NCBI GenBank assembly: GCA_964016885.1
Contig: OZ024746.1
Coordinates: 65,162,001-65,226,000 of the forward strand
DNA: 64,000 bases
Reading direction: 5' to 3'
Origin: Eledone cirrhosa
Taxonomy: Eukaryota
The position numbers were made by a program, and so were the translations under genes. The notes beneath the pieces were generated by a model. It was not told where the DNA came from. It did no database searches and saw only the letters and a program-made list of their open reading frames with translations. Positions 41,657 through 57,400 of this stretch are shown here, one piece after another. Position 1 is the stretch's first letter. Every line of letters begins with the position of its first letter.

Positions 41657-44600
41657 TTAATTGTAAGTTGTGATGTTGCTGTTCCACTCATATTTTCTAT
41701 TTAATTTTGGTTTTAATTCTTTTATGCTTACTGCCTCTGTAATTTGCCTAAACATTGCGTCTTTTCTGTGCGTGGATTCTATTTTTATTTCTATGCTCTC
41801 TAATCTACTCCTGTGTTCTATCTTAGCATGTTGGTAGAGCACAGATGATTCTTTATTATCTTGGAGGTCTCGCCAGTGTTCATTTATTCGTTCCCCTATA
41901 CTACGAGCTGTCTCACCTATGTACACTATATTTTTGTTTCTACATTGTCCTTCAGTACATCTTATGCTATACACTACATTTCTAGTTTTACAGTTAATAT
42001 GGGGGCTTATTTTACAGGTTATACATTTCTTATCTATACATGAGGGTCTTTGGAACGGGTATGTCTTGCTAATAAGTGTTTTTACGGAGGTACCAGGTCT
42101 TTCTACTATCTTAATATTGAGATTATGTTTATTTAGGGCCCTTCTAAATTTGTAGGCTAGTTCGCCTCTAGGGGTTGTATTGGTGAACATTACACTCTGG
42201 TATTTATTGCTATCATACCATGAGTTTATTCTATTGGCCTTGTTCCTAGTTCTTTCTATTCTATTCCAAAATTTTCTCCTATACAAGGGGCAGGTCCCAT
42301 TTATGTCATTATTTACCATTTTTTCCCATTTGGTTCTGGCTCCTTTATACACTCTGATTCTATCTCTCTGATTGTAGCCAGAGAACTGCATACGGTGGAT
42401 GAAGTGTTGTATGTGTCTCTCTAGTTCTTCGGGGTTGCACATGCGGGACACATTTCTCATCACCCGTACCAAATCCGCAATCGGTATGTTGATTTTGGTA
42501 TGGTCCGAAATGGCCGAGTTTCGGTGGATCAGATGTTTGGAAGTCATGGGTTTGGCATAATGGGAATGGAGGATTTGTTTTTGGTTGTTAATGGAATCTA
42601 ACCAGAGCTCTGTGTCTAGTACAGGTAATCGATGGTTGGGGTGTCTACTTGGGTAGTCTATAGTAACTCTAATGCTCTGGTGGATGGAGTTTGCTATTTG
42701 CTGGATGCTTTCCATTGTGTTTTTCTCTAGTTCCTGACTGTTCTTTAGTGGGGGTGTCTTAACTACGATGTTTATATCATCTACGTAGCGGGAGTACATT
42801 ATCAGGGTTAAGCCGTCTTCTAATTGTTCATTAAGTTTTTGTTTAAGTCTACTGTCCCACCATACCATGAATAAGTTAGCTATGTCGCCTGCAATGCTAA
42901 CACCAATGGCTGCTCCTTCCTCTTGGGCATATGTTTTACCATTAAATTTGAACATATGTTCCTTAAGGGTTAATTTTATGCTGGCCCCTACCGCATGTGC
43001 AATCATTTTCTTCAGTTCGTGGTTTTCGGGTGTCCGTATGGCTCTGGTCCACCCGTTCCATCTATCTGTGTGGGTTTTCTTGGCCATTGAGGTAATGGTA
43101 GGTGGTCTGCCTCTTGCTGGTCTTGTAGGGCACAGGTTGCTAAGGTCATAAGTGTCTAGGTAACTATTACTATGGGTAAGTTTAAGTAGAAGTCCCAGCT
43201 CACTGGTATCAATCCCACGGAACTCAACCTTGCTCTCGCTGATCATTTCTACGCATTTCTCCACAGCAAAATCCATGTCAATAGATGGATACAGGGACAC
43301 AACATCCATACTGCCTATTATGCAGTTTGTTAGGTCCCCAGATCGGTTACCCGCGCCGATTCTGCTGAGGAGGTCCTCCGTGCTGTCACACACATCTGGG
43401 GACATCTCAATGATGGGGCGTATGATCAGGGAGAGGAAGTAGGACAGTCTGTAGTTACTAGCAATGTTAGCCCCACAGACTGGTCGTGTTGGTGGTCCCG
43501 TGACAGGGTCCCAGCCCGTTTTATGGTCTTTTCGAAGCCCATACAACGCCGGCACGTCATTGTTCCAGGCCTGGAAGTTGTTGGCAGTCCTTTTGTTGGG
43601 CTGCATTATATTTGTCCACATCACCATATGGGCATTGAGGGCTTTTTCTCTATCCTCATGCTCCTGTGGTGTTACCTCTCTTGTGTTAGTGATGTGGGGT
43701 TGCATTGCCTGGATGTAGTTTGACAGGCTGTCAACCGACATTCTGCCAGACTTGTCTGTTGGAAAACATGCTATCTCTCCATTACGCGAGCGCTGCATGA
43801 GCTTACGCAAGCCATTTGCAGATTCTTCTCCCAGTTGCTGGGCCTCTATTCTATTATGCTTCTTGCTATACTGTTCTATAATATTTCTAAGTTCGGATTT
43901 AGCTATACTAAATTGTGCTTCTGTTTGTTCATCGACCTGCGACGGCAACTGCGTGCGTTTGTTAAATGGCAAAGTCGTGGCGTGGACTCGTCGTAGGTCG
44001 AATGATTTATCGGAGGGGTTATAAAACGGAGAGTTCCAGGCTGCTGCTTTATGTGTACTAGTGCTATTATTATTGTTAGTTGTGTTATTTCTATTTCTAT
44101 TTCCACCAGCAGCCTCAGCTTCATGGTTGTTTCTATGTCTCTCATAATTACTCCTGTCTCTTTCCACTGGCTCAATGTTGTTATCTACCCTATTTTGTGT
44201 GTCTGTGTGTTCGTCTTGGTTATTCTCTTTGTCCTTAGTCTCCCATCTCCTTTTCTTTTTAATCCTATTACTTTCTCTTATTTCTCTGATTTCTGTGCTA
44301 CTGTCATTACTTGTTTTCTGTGTCTGTGTGTTTGTTAAGATTGTGGTGGTGGTGAGAGGCATTGAATGCGTATGTGTTGTTGTTGTTGATGTGTTTTGTT
44401 GTTGTCTCCGTGTGTGTGTGTGTTATCGTTGTTGTGTGTGTTGTTATTGTTGTTTGTGTCTGCGTGTCTGTTGTTGTTGTATCTGGGTATGTTGCTATTG
44501 TTGTTGTTGTTGATGTGTGTGTTGTTGTTATTGTTGTCTCCGTGTGTGTTATCGTTGCTGTGTGTGTTGTTATTGTTGTTTGTGTCTGCGTGTCTGTTGT

Positions 44601-45474
44601 TGTTGTATCTGGGTATGTTGCTATTGTTGTTGTTGTTGTTATTGTTGTTTGTGTCTGTGTGTCTGTTGTTGTTGGGATGTGTGTTGTATATGTGTGTGCG
44701 TATATTGTTGCTTTTGTTTTTGATGCTCCAGCGTAGTTTTGTAAATGATTTTTCTATTTCTGACAGACAACTAATCATATTTACCTTCTTGAATGTCGCA
44801 AATTTGGGTGGCAGACGTAATACAGACATTTCATTATTATCTATTTCCGTGTTTCCATAAATGTTGGTATTTTCGTTGTTGAACTCTTCAGATAATGAGG
44901 TGTCGGCCATGTTGATACCGTCAATTTTGTCGGGATATCTATTGGTATACTCTATAGTATCCCGATTTAGCTTTGCCTGTTTAAGCCACTTTAATTTTCT
45001 GTTAAAGTGCTTATCACATTCTTGAGTAATGTACTGTTCTTCGGGGCGTATAAGGCTTATAAATGTTAGTTTTTCTGCTGGTGTGGTGATTTTAGATATT
45101 TCTTGTATTAGGTTACGCTTTAGTTTTTCTTGATGACTTAATTCTCTATAGATCTTTTTTATGTTTAGAATTAAAGTTCGTTTTAGCCTATCTGCTTGTT
45201 TTTTGGTGAGTTGTAATCTTCTAACGTCGGTATTGATGGTGTTGGTGTAGATTCTAGAAGTGGTGCACAGTTTTATGAAGTGTAGTTGTCGAGATGTTAT
45301 GGTTTTTCGTAGACAACAGAACATGGTGGTTTTCAGTATTTTGTTAGCCTGGCTAAGGCTTACGATATTTCGTTTCTGAATTTGTTTAGCAAGATTCTTT
45401 ATCTGAAATCGTGTGTTGAAACCGATATTGTTATACTTTGGGAGGGTCATGTTGCCAATAAGAAACACACGCAC
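41657..45474 (-). pseudogene. PLE polyprotein copy 1, frameshifted (379 + 901 aa)
   Basis: Lacks 16 bp relative to the intact copy. Confidence 0.85.
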
Positions 45475-45913
45475 CAGTTGCTTTCACTTCAATTTATTAT
45501 ATATTTATAAATTTATAAATCTACAAACTTATAAATTATAAATTTCTGGTTGGTTGGTTGGTTCCACAACCAGATAGTTGTTTATATATATAGTCATAGT
45601 CCTTTCGTCACACACTCTGTGACCTCTTCAGTGACTGGGGATTCCTTTCTTCGTTTCTGTGCCTTTTCTTTCTTCTATCCTACGCCATTTTGTTTCTGTG
45701 TGTGTGTTGTGTGCTCAGTTTGCGCATGTGCCACATCCGGGTGTCTGTGTGTGTTTGTGTTCATTTTTCTATTTGTTTATTTATTTATTGTTGGTTGGTT
45801 CTTTGTTCTATGTGTGTGTGTGTTTTCATTTTGTCCTGTGTGTGTTTTCATTTTGTGTGTGTTTTCAATTGTAAGTTGTTTGTTCTATGTGTGTGTGTGT
45901 TTTCATTTTGTCC

Positions 45914-48900
45914 TTAATTGTAAGTTGTGATGTTGCTGTTCCACTCATATTTTCTATTTAATTTTGGTTTTAATTCTTTTATGCTTACTGCCTCTGTAAT
46001 TTGCCTAAACATTGCGTCTTTTCTGTGCGTGGATTCTATTTTTATTTCTATGCTCTCTAATCTACTCCTGTGTTCTATCTTAGCATGTTGGTAGAGCACA
46101 GATGATTCTTTATTATCTTGGAGGTCTCGCCAGTGTTCATTTATTCGTTCCCCTATACTACGAGCTGTCTCACCTATGTACACTATATTTTTGTTTCTAC
46201 ATTGTCCTTCAGTACATCTTATGCTATACACTACATTTCTAGTTTTACAGTTAATATGGGGGCTTATTTTACAGGTTATACATTTCTTATCTATACATGA
46301 GGGTCTTTGGAACGGGTATGTCTTGCTAATAAGTGTTTTTACGGAGGTACCAGGTCTTTCTACTATCTTAATATTGAGATTATGTTTATTTAGGGCCCTT
46401 CTAAATTTGTAGGCTAGTTCGCCTCTAGGGGTTGTATTGATGAACATTACACTCTGGTATTTATTGCTATCATACCATGAGTTTATTCTATTGGCCTTGT
46501 TCCTAGTTCTTTCTATTCTATTCCAAAATTTTCTCCTATACAAGGGGCAGGTCCCATTTATGTCATTATTTACCATTTTTTCCCATTTGGTTCTGGCTCC
46601 TTTATACACTCTGATTCTATCTCTCTGATTGTAGCCAGAGAACTGCATACGGTGGATGAAGTGTTGTATGTGTCTCTCTAGTTCTTCGGGGTTGCACATG
46701 CGGGACACATTTCTCATCACCCGTACCAAATCCGCAATCGGTATGTTGATTTTGGTATGGTCCGAAATGGCCGAGTTTCGGTGGATCAGATGTTTGGAAG
46801 TCATGGGTTTGGCATAATGGGAATGGAGGATTTGTTTTTGGTTGTTAATGGAATCTAACCAGAGCTCTGTGTCTAGTACAGGTAATCGATGGTTGGGGTG
46901 TCTACTTGGGTAGTCTATAGTAACTCTAATGCTCTGGTGGATGGAGTTTGCTATTTGCTGGATGCTTTCCATTGTGTTTTTCTCTAGTTCCTGACTGTTC
47001 TTTAGTGGGGGTCTCTTAACTACGATGTTTATATCATCTACGTAGCGGGAGTACATTATCAGGGTTAAGCCGTCTTCTAATTGTTCATTAAGTTTTTGTT
47101 TAAGTCTACTGTCCCACCATACCATGAATAAGTTAGCTATGTCGCCTGCAATGCTAACACCAATGGCTGCTCCTTCCTCTTGGGCATATGTTTTACCATT
47201 AAATTTGAACATATGTTCCTTAAGGGTTAATTTTATGCTGGCCCCTACCGCATGTGCAATCATTTTCTTCAGTTCATCGTGGTTTTCGGGTGTCCGTATG
47301 GCTCTGGTCCACCCGTTCCATCTATCTGTGTGGGTTTTCTTGGCCATTGAGGTAATGGTAGGTGGTCTGCCTCTTGCTGGTCTTGTAGGGCACAGGTTGC
47401 TAAGGTCATAAGTGTCTAGGTAACTATTACTATGGGTAAGTTTAAGTAGAAGTCCCAGCTCACTGGTATCAATCCCACGGAACTCAACCTTGCTCTCGCT
47501 GATCATTTCTACGCATTTCTCCACAGCAAAATCCATGTCAATAGATGGATACAGGGACACAACATCCATACTGCCTATTATGCAGTTTGTTAGGTCCCCA
47601 GATCGGTTACCCGCGCCGATTCTGCTGAGGAGGTCCTCCGTGCTGTCACACACATCTGGGGACATCTCAATGATGGGGCGTATGATCAGGGAGAGGAAGT
47701 AGGACAGTCTGTAGTTACTAGCAATGTTAGCCCCACAGACTGGTCGTGTTGGTGGTCCCGTGACAGGGTCCCAGCCCGTTTTATGGTCTTTTCGAAGCCC
47801 ATACAACGCCGGCACGTCATTGTTCCAGGCCTGGAAGTTGTTGGCAGTCCTTTTGTTGGGCTGCATTATATTTGTCCACATCACCATATGGGCATTGAGG
47901 GCTTTTTCTCTATCCTCATGCTCCTGTGGTGTTACCTCTCTTGTGTTAGTGATGTGGGGTTGCATTGCCTGGATGTAGTTTGGCAGGCTGTCAACCGACA
48001 TTCTGCCAGACTTGTCTGTTGGAAAACATGCTATCTCTCCATTACGCGAGCGCTGCATGAGCTTACGCAAGCCATTTGCAGATTCTTCTCCCAGTTGCTG
48101 GGCCTCTATTCTATTATGCTTCTTGCTATACTGTTCTATAATATTTCTAAGTTCGGATTTAGCTATACTAAATTGTGCTTCTGTTTGTTCATCGACCTGC
48201 GACGGCAACTGCGTGCGTTTGTTAAATGGCAAAGTCGTGGCGTGGACTCGTCGTAGGTCGAATGATTTATCGGAGGGGTTATAAAACGGAGATTTCCAGG
48301 CTGCTGCTTTATGTGTACTAGTGCTATTATTATTGTTAGTTGTGTTATTTCTATTTCTATTTCCACCAGCAGCCTCAGCTTCATGGTTGTTTCTATGTCT
48401 CTCATAATTACTCCTGTCTCTTTCCACTGGCTCAATGTTGTTATCTACCCTATTTTGTGTGTCTGTGTGTTCGTCTTGGTTATTCTCTTTGTCCTTAGTC
48501 TCCCATCTCCTTTTCTTTTTAATCCTATTACTTTCTCTTATTTCTCTGATTTCTGTGCTACTGTCATTACTTGTTTTCTGTGTCTGTGTGTTTGTTAAGA
48601 TTGTGGTGGTGGTGAGAGGCATTGAATGCGTATGTGTTGTTGTTGTTGATGTGTTTTGTTGTTGTCTCCGTGTGTGTGTGTGTTATCGTTGTTGTGTGTG
48701 TTGTTATTGTTGTTTGTGTCTGCGTGTCTGTTGTTGTTGTATCTGGGTATGTTGCTATTGTTGTTGTTGTTGATGTGTGTGTTGTTGTTATTGTTGTCTC
48801 CGTGTGTGTTATCGTTGCTGTGTGTGTTGTTATTGTTGTTTGTGTCTGCGTGTCTGTTGTTGTTGTATCTGGGTATGTTGCTATTGTTGTTGTTGTTGTT

Positions 48901-49734
48901 ATTGTTGTTTGTGTCTGTGTGTCTGTTGTTGTTGGGATGTGTGTTGTATATGTGTGTGCGTATATTGTTGCTTTTGTTTTTGATGCTCCAGCGTAGTTTT
49001 GTAAATGATTTTTCTATTTCTGACAGACAACTAATCATATTTACCTTCTTGAATGTCGCAAATTTGGGTGGCAGACGTAATACAGACATTTCATTATTAT
49101 CTATTTCCGTGTTTCCATAAATGTTGGTATTTTCGTTGTTGAACTCTTCAGATAATGAGGTGTCGGCCATGTTGATACCGTCAATTTTGTCGGGATATCT
49201 ATTGGTATACTCTATAGTATCCCGATTTAGCTTTGCCTGTTTAAGCCACTTTAATTTTCTGTTAAAGTGCTTATCACATTCTTGAGTAATGTACTGTTCT
49301 TCGGGGCGTATAAGGCTTATAAATGTTAGTTTTTCTGCTGGTGTGGTGATTTTAGATATTTCTTGTATTAGGTTACGCTTTAGTTTTTCTTGATGACTTA
49401 ATTCTCTATAGATCTTTTTTATGTTTAGAATTAAAGTTCGTTTTAGCCTATCTGCTTGTTTTTTGGTGAGTTGTAATCTTCTAACGTCGGTATTGATGGT
49501 GTTGGTGTAGATTCTAGAAGTGGTGCACAGTTTTATGAAGTGTAGTTGTCGAGATGTTATGGTTTTTCGTAGACAACAGAACATGGTGGTTTTCAGTATT
49601 TTGTTAGCCTGGCTAAGGCTTACGATATTTCGTTTCTGAATTTGTTTAGCAAGATTCTTTATCTGAAATCGTGTGTTGAAACCGATATTGTTATACTTTG
49701 GGAGGGTCATGTTGCCAATAAGAAACACACGCAC
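45914..49734 (-). pseudogene. PLE polyprotein copy 2, frameshifted (379 + 902 aa)
   Basis: Same 16-bp deletion. Confidence 0.85.
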
Positions 49735-50173
49735 CAGTTGCTTTCACTTCAATTTATTATATATTTATAAATTTATAAATCTACAAACTTATAAATTATA
49801 AATTTCTGGTTGGTTGGTTGGTTCCACAACCAGATAGTTGTTTATATATATAGTCATAGTCCTTTCGTCACACACTCTGTGACCTCTTCAGTGACTGGGG
49901 ATTCCTTTCTTCGTTTCTGTGCCTTTTCTTTCTTCTATCCTACGCCATTTTGTTTCTGTGTGTGTGTTGTGTGCTCAGTTTGCGCATGTGCCACATCCGG
50001 GTGTCTGTGTGTGTTTGTGTTCATTTTTCTATTTGTTTATTTATTTATTGTTGGTTGGTTCTTTGTTCTATGTGTGTGTGTGTTTTCATTTTGTCCTGTG
50101 TGTGTTTTCATTTTGTGTGTGTTTTCAATTGTAAGTTGTTTGTTCTATGTGTGTGTGTGTTTTCATTTTGTCC

Positions 50174-53100
50174 TTAATTGTAAGTTGTGATGTTGCTGTT
50201 CCACTCATATTTTCTATTTAATTTTGGTTTTAATTCTTTTATGCTTACTGCCTCTGTAATTTGCCTAAACATTGCGTCTTTTCTGTGCGTGGATTCTATT
50301 TTTATTTCTATGCTCTTTAATCTACTCCTGTGTTCTATCTTAGCATGTTGGTAGAGCACAGATGATTCTTTATTATCTTGGAGGTCTCGCCAGTGTTCAT
50401 TTATTCGTTCCCCTATACTACGAGCTGTCTCACCTATGTACACTATATTTTTGTTTCTACATTGTCCTTCAGTACATCTTATGCTATACACTACATTTCT
50501 AGTTTTACAGTTAATATGGGGGCTTATTTTACAGGTTATACATTTCTTATCTATACATGAGGGTCTTTGGAACGGGTATGTCTTGCTAATAAGTGTTTTT
50601 ACGGAGGTACCAGGTCTTTCTACTATCTTAATATTGAGATTATGTTTATTTAGGGCCCTTCTAAATTTGTAGGCTAGTTCGCCTCTAGGGGTTGTATTGA
50701 TGAACATTACACTCTGGTATTTATTGCTATCATACCATGAGTTTATTCTATTGGCCTTGTTCCTAGTTCTTTCTATTCTATTCCAAAATTTTCTCCTATA
50801 CAAGGGGCAGGTCCCATTTATGTCATTATTTACCATTTTTTCCCATTTGGTTCTGGCTCCTTTATACACTCTGATTCTATCTCTCTGATTGTAGCCAGAG
50901 AACTGCATACGGTGGATGAAGTGTTGTATGTGTCTCTCTAGTTCTTCGGGGTTGCACATGCGGGACACATTTCTCATCACCCGTACCAAATCCGCAATCG
51001 GTATGTTGATTTTGGTATGGTCCGAAATGGCCGAGTTTCGGTGGATCAGATGTTTGGAAGTCATGGGTTTGGCATAATGGGAATGGAGGATTTGTTTTTG
51101 GTTGTTAATGGAATCTAACCAGAGCTCTGTGTCTAGTACAGGTAATCGATGGTTGGGGTGTCTACTTGGGTAGTCTATAGTAACTCTAATGCTCTGGTGG
51201 ATGGAGTTTGCTATTTGCTGGATGCTTTCCATTGTGTTTTTCTCTAGTTCCTGACTGTTCTTTAGTGGGGGTGTCTTAACTACGATGTTTATATCATCTA
51301 CGTAGCGGGAGTACATTATCAGGGTTAAGCCGTCTTCTAATTGTTCATTAAGTTTTTGTTTAAGTCTACTGTCCCACCATACCATGAATAAGTTAGCTAT
51401 GTCGCCTGCAATGCTAACACCAATGGCTGCTCCTTCCTCTTGGGCATATGTTTTACCATTAAATTTGAACATATGTTCCTTAAGGGTTAATTTTATGCTG
51501 GCCCCTACCGCATGTGCAATCCTTTTCTTCAGTTCGTGGTTTTCGGGTGTCCGTATGGCTCTGGTCCACCCGTTCCATCTATCTGTGTGGGTTTTCTTGG
51601 CCATTGAGGTAATGGTAGGTGGTCTGCCTCTTGCTGGTCTTGTAGGGCACAGGTTGCTAAGGTCATAAGTGTCTAGGTAACTATTACTATGGGTAAGTTT
51701 AAGTAGAAGTCCCAGCTCACTGGTATCAATCCCACGGAACTCAACCTTGCTCTCGCTGATCATTTCTACGCATTTCTCCACAGCAAAATCCATGTCAATA
51801 GATGGATACAGGGACACAACATCCATACTGCCTATTATGCAGTTTGTTAGGTCCCCAGATCGGTTACCCGCGCCGATTCTGCTGAGGAGGTCCTCCGTGC
51901 TGTCACACACATCTGGGGACATCTCAATGATGGGGCGTATGATCAGGGAGAGGAAGTAGGACAGTCTGTAGTTACTAGCAATGTTAGCCCCACAGACTGG
52001 TCGTGTTGGTGGTCCCGTGACAGGGTCCCAGCCCGTTTTATGGTCTTTTCGAAGCCCATACAACGCCGGCACGTCATTGTTCCAGGCCTGGAAGTTGTTG
52101 GCAGTCCTTTTGTTGGGCTGCATTATATTTGTCCACATCACCATATGGGCATTGAGGGCTTTTTCTCTATCCTCATGCTCCTGTGGTGTTACCTCTCTTG
52201 TGTTAGTGATGTGGGGTTGCATTGCCTGGATGTAGTTTGGCAGGCTGTCAACCGACATTCTGCCAGACTTGTCTGTTGGAAAACATGCTATCTCTCCATT
52301 ACGCGAGCGCTGCATGAGCTTACGCAAGCCATTTGCAGATTCTTCTCCCAGTTGCTGGGCCTCTATTCTATTATGCTTCTTGCTATACTGTTCTATAATA
52401 TTTCTAAGTTCGGATTTAGCTATACTAAATTGTGCTTCTGTTTGTTCATCGACCTGCGACGGCAACTGCGTGCGTTTGTTAAATGGCAAAGTCGTGGCGT
52501 GGACTCGTCGTAGGTCGAATGATTTATCGGAGGGGTTATAAAACGGAGAGTTCCAGGCTGCTGCTTTATGTGTACTAGTGCTATTATTATTGTTAGTTGT
52601 GTTATTTCTATTTCTATTTCCACCAGCAGCCTCAGCTTCATGGTTGTTTCTATGTCTCTCATAATTACTCCTGTCTCTTTCCACTGGCTCAATGTTGTTA
52701 TCTACCCTATTTTGTGTGTCTGTGTGTTCGTCTTGGTTATTCTCTTTGTCCTTAGTCTCCCATCTCCTTTTCTTTTTAATCCTATTACTTTCTCTTATTT
52801 CTCTGATTTCTGTGCTACTGTCATTACTTGTTTTCTGTGTCTGTGTGTTTGTTAAGATTGTGGTGGTGGTGAGAGGCATTGAATGCGTATGTGTTGTTGT
52901 TGTTGATGTGTTTTGTTGTTGTCTCCGTGTGTGTGTGTGTTATCGTTGTTGTGTGTGTTGTTATTGTTGTTTGTGTCTGCGTGTCTGTTGTTGTTGTATC
53001 TGGGTATGTTGCTATTGTTGTTGTTGTTGATGTGTGTGTTGTTGTTATTGTTGTCTCCGTGTGTGTTATCGTTGCTGTGTGTGTTGTTATTGTTGTTTGT

Positions 53101-53991
53101 GTCTGCGTGTCTGTTGTTGTTGTATCTGGGTATGTTGCTATTGTTGTTGTTGTTGTTATTGTTGTTTGTGTCTGTGTGTCTGTTGTTGTTGGGATGTGTG
53201 TTGTATATGTGTGTGCGTATATTGTTGCTTTTGTTTTTGATGCTCCAGCGTAGTTTTGTAAATGATTTTTCTATTTCTGACAGACAACTAATCATATTTA
53301 CCTTCTTGAATGTCGCAAATTTGGGTGGCAGACGTAATACAGACATTTCATTATTATCTATTTCCGTGTTTCCATAAATGTTGGTATTTTCGTTGTTGAA
53401 CTCTTCAGATAATGAGGTGTCGGCCATGTTGATACCGTCAATTTTGTCGGGATATCTATTGGTATACTCTATAGTATCCCGATTTAGCTTTGCCTGTTTA
53501 AGCCACTTTAATTTTCTGTTAAAGTGCTTATCACATTCTTGAGTAATGTACTGTTCTTCGGGGCGTATAAGGCTTATAAATGTTAGTTTTTCTGCTGGTG
53601 TGGTGATTTTAGATATTTCTTGTATTAGGTTACGCTTTAGTTTTTCTTGATGACTTAATTCTCTATAGATCTTTTTTATGTTTAGAATTAAAGTTCGTTT
53701 TAGCCTATCTGCTTGTTTTTTGGTGAGTTGTAATCTTCTAACGTCGGTATTGATGGTGTTGGTGTAGATTCTAGAAGTGGTGCACAGTTTTATGAAGTGT
53801 AGTTGTCGAGATGTTATGGTTTTTCGTAGACAACAGAACATGGTGGTTTTCAGTATTTTGTTAGCCTGGCTAAGGCTTACGATATTTCGTTTCTGAATTT
53901 GTTTAGCAAGATTCTTTATCTGAAATCGTGTGTTGAAACCGATATTGTTATACTTTGGGAGGGTCATGTTGCCAATAAGAAACACACGCAC
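50174..53991 (-). pseudogene. PLE polyprotein copy 3, frameshifted (379 + 901 aa)
   Basis: Same 16-bp deletion. Confidence 0.85.
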
Positions 53992-54430
53992 CAGTTGCTT
54001 TCACTTCAATTTATTATATATTTATAAATTTATAAATCTACAAACTTATAAATTATAAATTTCTGGTTGGTTGGTTGGTTCCACAACCAGATAGTTGTTT
54101 ATATATATAGTCATAGTCCTTTCGTCACACACTCTGTGACCTCTTCAGTGACTGGGGATTCCTTTCTTCGTTTCTGTGCCTTTTCTTTCTTCTATCCTAC
54201 GCCATTTTGTTTCTGTGTGTGTGTTGTGTGCTCAGTTTGCGCATGTGCCACATCCGGGTGTCTGTGTGTGTTTGTGTTCATTTTTCTATTTGTTTATTTA
54301 TTTATTGTTGGTTGGTTCTTTGTTCTATGTGTGTGTGTGTTTTCATTTTGTCCTGTGTGTGTTTTCATTTTGTGTGTGTTTTCAATTGTAAGTTGTTTGT
54401 TCTATGTGTGTGTGTGTTTTCATTTTGTCC

Positions 54431-57400
54431 TTAATTGTAAGTTGTGATGTTGCTGTTCCACTCATATTTTCTATTTAATTTTGGTTTTAATTCTTTTATG
54501 CTTACTGCCTCTGTAATTTGCCTAAACATTGCGTCTTTTCTGTGCGTGGATTCTATTTTTATTTCTATGCTCTCTAATCTACTCCTGTGTTCTATCTTAG
54601 CATGTTGGTAGAGCACAGATGATTCTTTATTATCTTGGAGGTCTCGCCAGTGTTCATTTATTCGTTCCCCTATACTACGAGCTGTCTCACCTATGTACAC
54701 TATATTTTTGTTTCTACATTGTCCTTCAGTACATCTTATGCTATACACTACATTTCTAGTTTTACAGTTAATATGGGGGCTTATTTTACAGGTTATACAT
54801 TTCTTATCTATACATGAGGGTCTTTGGAACGGGTATGTCTTGCTAATAAGTGTTTTTACGGAGGTACCAGGTCTTTCTACTATCTTAATATTGAGATTAT
54901 GTTTATTTAGGGCCCTTCTAAATTTGTAGGCTAGTTCGCCTCTAGGGGTTGTATTGATGAACATTACACTCTGGTATTTATTGCTATCATACCATGAGTT
55001 TATTCTATTGGCCTTGTTCCTAGTTCTTTCTATTCTATTCCAAAATTTGCTCCTATACAAGGGGCAGGTCCCATTTATGTCATTATTTACCATTTTTACC
55101 CATTTGGTTCTGGCTCCTTTATACACTCTGATTCTATCTCTCTGATTGTAGCCAGAGAACTGCATACGGTGGATGAAGTGTTGTATGTGTCTCTCTAGTT
55201 CTTCGGGGTTGCACATGCGGGACACATTTCTCATCACCCGTACCAAATCCGCAATCGGTATGTTGATTTTGGTATGGTCCGAAATGGCCGAGTTTCGGTG
55301 GATCAGATGTTTGGAAGTCATGGGTTTGGCATAATGGGAATGGAGGATTTGTTTTTGGTTGTTAATGGAATCTAACCAGAGCTCTGTGTCTAGTACAGGT
55401 AATCGATGGTTGGGGTGTCTACTTGGGTAGTCTATAGTAACTCTAATGCTCTGGTGGATGGAGTTTGCTATTTGCTGGATGCTTTCCATTGTGTTTTTCT
55501 CTAGTTCCTGACTGTTCTTTAGTGGGGGTGTCTTAACTACGATGTTTATATCATCTACGTAGCGGGAGTACATTATCAGGGTTAAGCCGTCTTCTAATTG
55601 TTCATTAAGTTTTTGTTTAAGTCTACTGTCCCACCATACCATGAATAAGTTAGCTATGTCGCCTGCAATGCTAACACCAATGGCTGCTCCTTCCTCTTGG
55701 GCATATGTTTTACCATTAAATTTGAACATATGTTCCTTAAGGGTTAATTTTATGCTGGCCCCTACCGCATGTGCAATCATTTTCTTCAGTTCATCGTGGT
55801 TTTCGGGTGTCCGTATGGCTCTGGTCCACCCGTTCCATCTATCTGTGTGGGTTTTCTTGGCCATTGAGGTAATGGTAGGTGGTCTGCCTCTTGCTGGTCT
55901 TGTAGGGCACAGGTTGCTAAGGTCATAAGTGTCTAGGTAACTATTACTATGGGTAAGTTTAAGTAGAAGTCCCAGCTCACTGGTATCAATCCCACGGAAC
56001 TCAACCTTGCTCTCGCTGATCATTTCTACGCATTTCTCCACAGCAAAATCCATGTCAATAGATGGATACAGGGACACAACATCCATACTGCCTATTATGC
56101 AGTTTGTTAGGTCCCCAGATCGGTTACCCGCGCCGATTCTGCTGAGGAGGTCCTCCGTGCTGTCACACACATCTGGGGACATCTCAATGATGGGGCGTAT
56201 GATCAGGGAGAGGAAGTAGGACAGTCTGTAGTTACTAGCAATGTTAGCCCCACAGACTGGTCGTGTTGGTGGTCCCGTGACAGGGTCCCAGCCCGTTTTA
56301 TGGTCTTTTCGAAGCCCATACAACGCCGGCACGTCATTGTTCCAGGCCTGGAAGTTGTTGGCAGTCCTTTTGTTGGGCTGCATTATATTTGTCCACATCA
56401 CCATATGGGCATTGAGGGCTTTTTCTCTATCCTCATGCTCCTGTGGTGTTACCTCTCTTGTGTTAGTGATGTGGGGTTGCATTGCCTGGATGTAGTTTGG
56501 CAGGCTGTCAACCGACATTCTGCCAGACTTGTCTGTTGGAAAACATGCTATCTCTCCATTACGCGAGCGCTGCATGAGCTTACGCAAGCCATTTGCAGAT
56601 TCTTCTCCCAGTTGCTGGGCCTCTATTCTATTATGCTTCTTGCTATACTGTTCTATAATATTTCTAAGTTCGGATTTAGCTATACTAAATTGTGCTTCTG
56701 TTTGTTCATCGACCTGCGACGGCAACTGCGTGCGTTTGTTAAATGGCAAAGTCGTGGCGTGGACTCGTCGTAGGTCGAATGATTTATCGGAGGGGTTATA
56801 AAACGGAGAGTTCCAGGCTGCTGCTTTATGTGTACTAGTGCTATTATTATTGTTAGTTGTGTTATTTCTATTTCTATTTCCACCAGCAGCCTCAGCTTCA
56901 TGGTTGTTTCTATGTCTCTCATAATTACTCCTGTCTCTTTCCACTGGCTCAATGTTGTTATCTACCCTATTTTGTGTGTCTGTGTGTTCGTCTTGGTTAT
57001 TCTCTTTGTCCTTAGTCTCCCATCTCCTTTTCTTTTTAATCCTATTACTTTCTCTTATTTCTCTGATTTCTGTGCTACTGTCATTACTTGTTTTCTGTGT
57101 CTGTGTGTTTGTTAAGATTGTGGTGGTGGTGAGAAGCATTGAATGCGTATGTGTTGTTGTTGTTGATGTGTGTTGTTGTTGATGTGTTTTGTTGTTGTCT
57201 CCGTGTGTGTGTGTGTTATCGTTGTTGTGTGTGTTGTTATTGTTGTTTGTGTCTGCGTGTCTGTTGTTGTTGTATCTGGGTATGTTGCTATTGTTGTTGT
57301 TGTTGATGTGTGTGTTGTTGTTATTGTTGTCTCCGTGTGTGTTATCGTTGCTGTGTGTGTTGTTATTGTTGTTTGTGTCTGCGTGTCTGTTGTTGTTGTA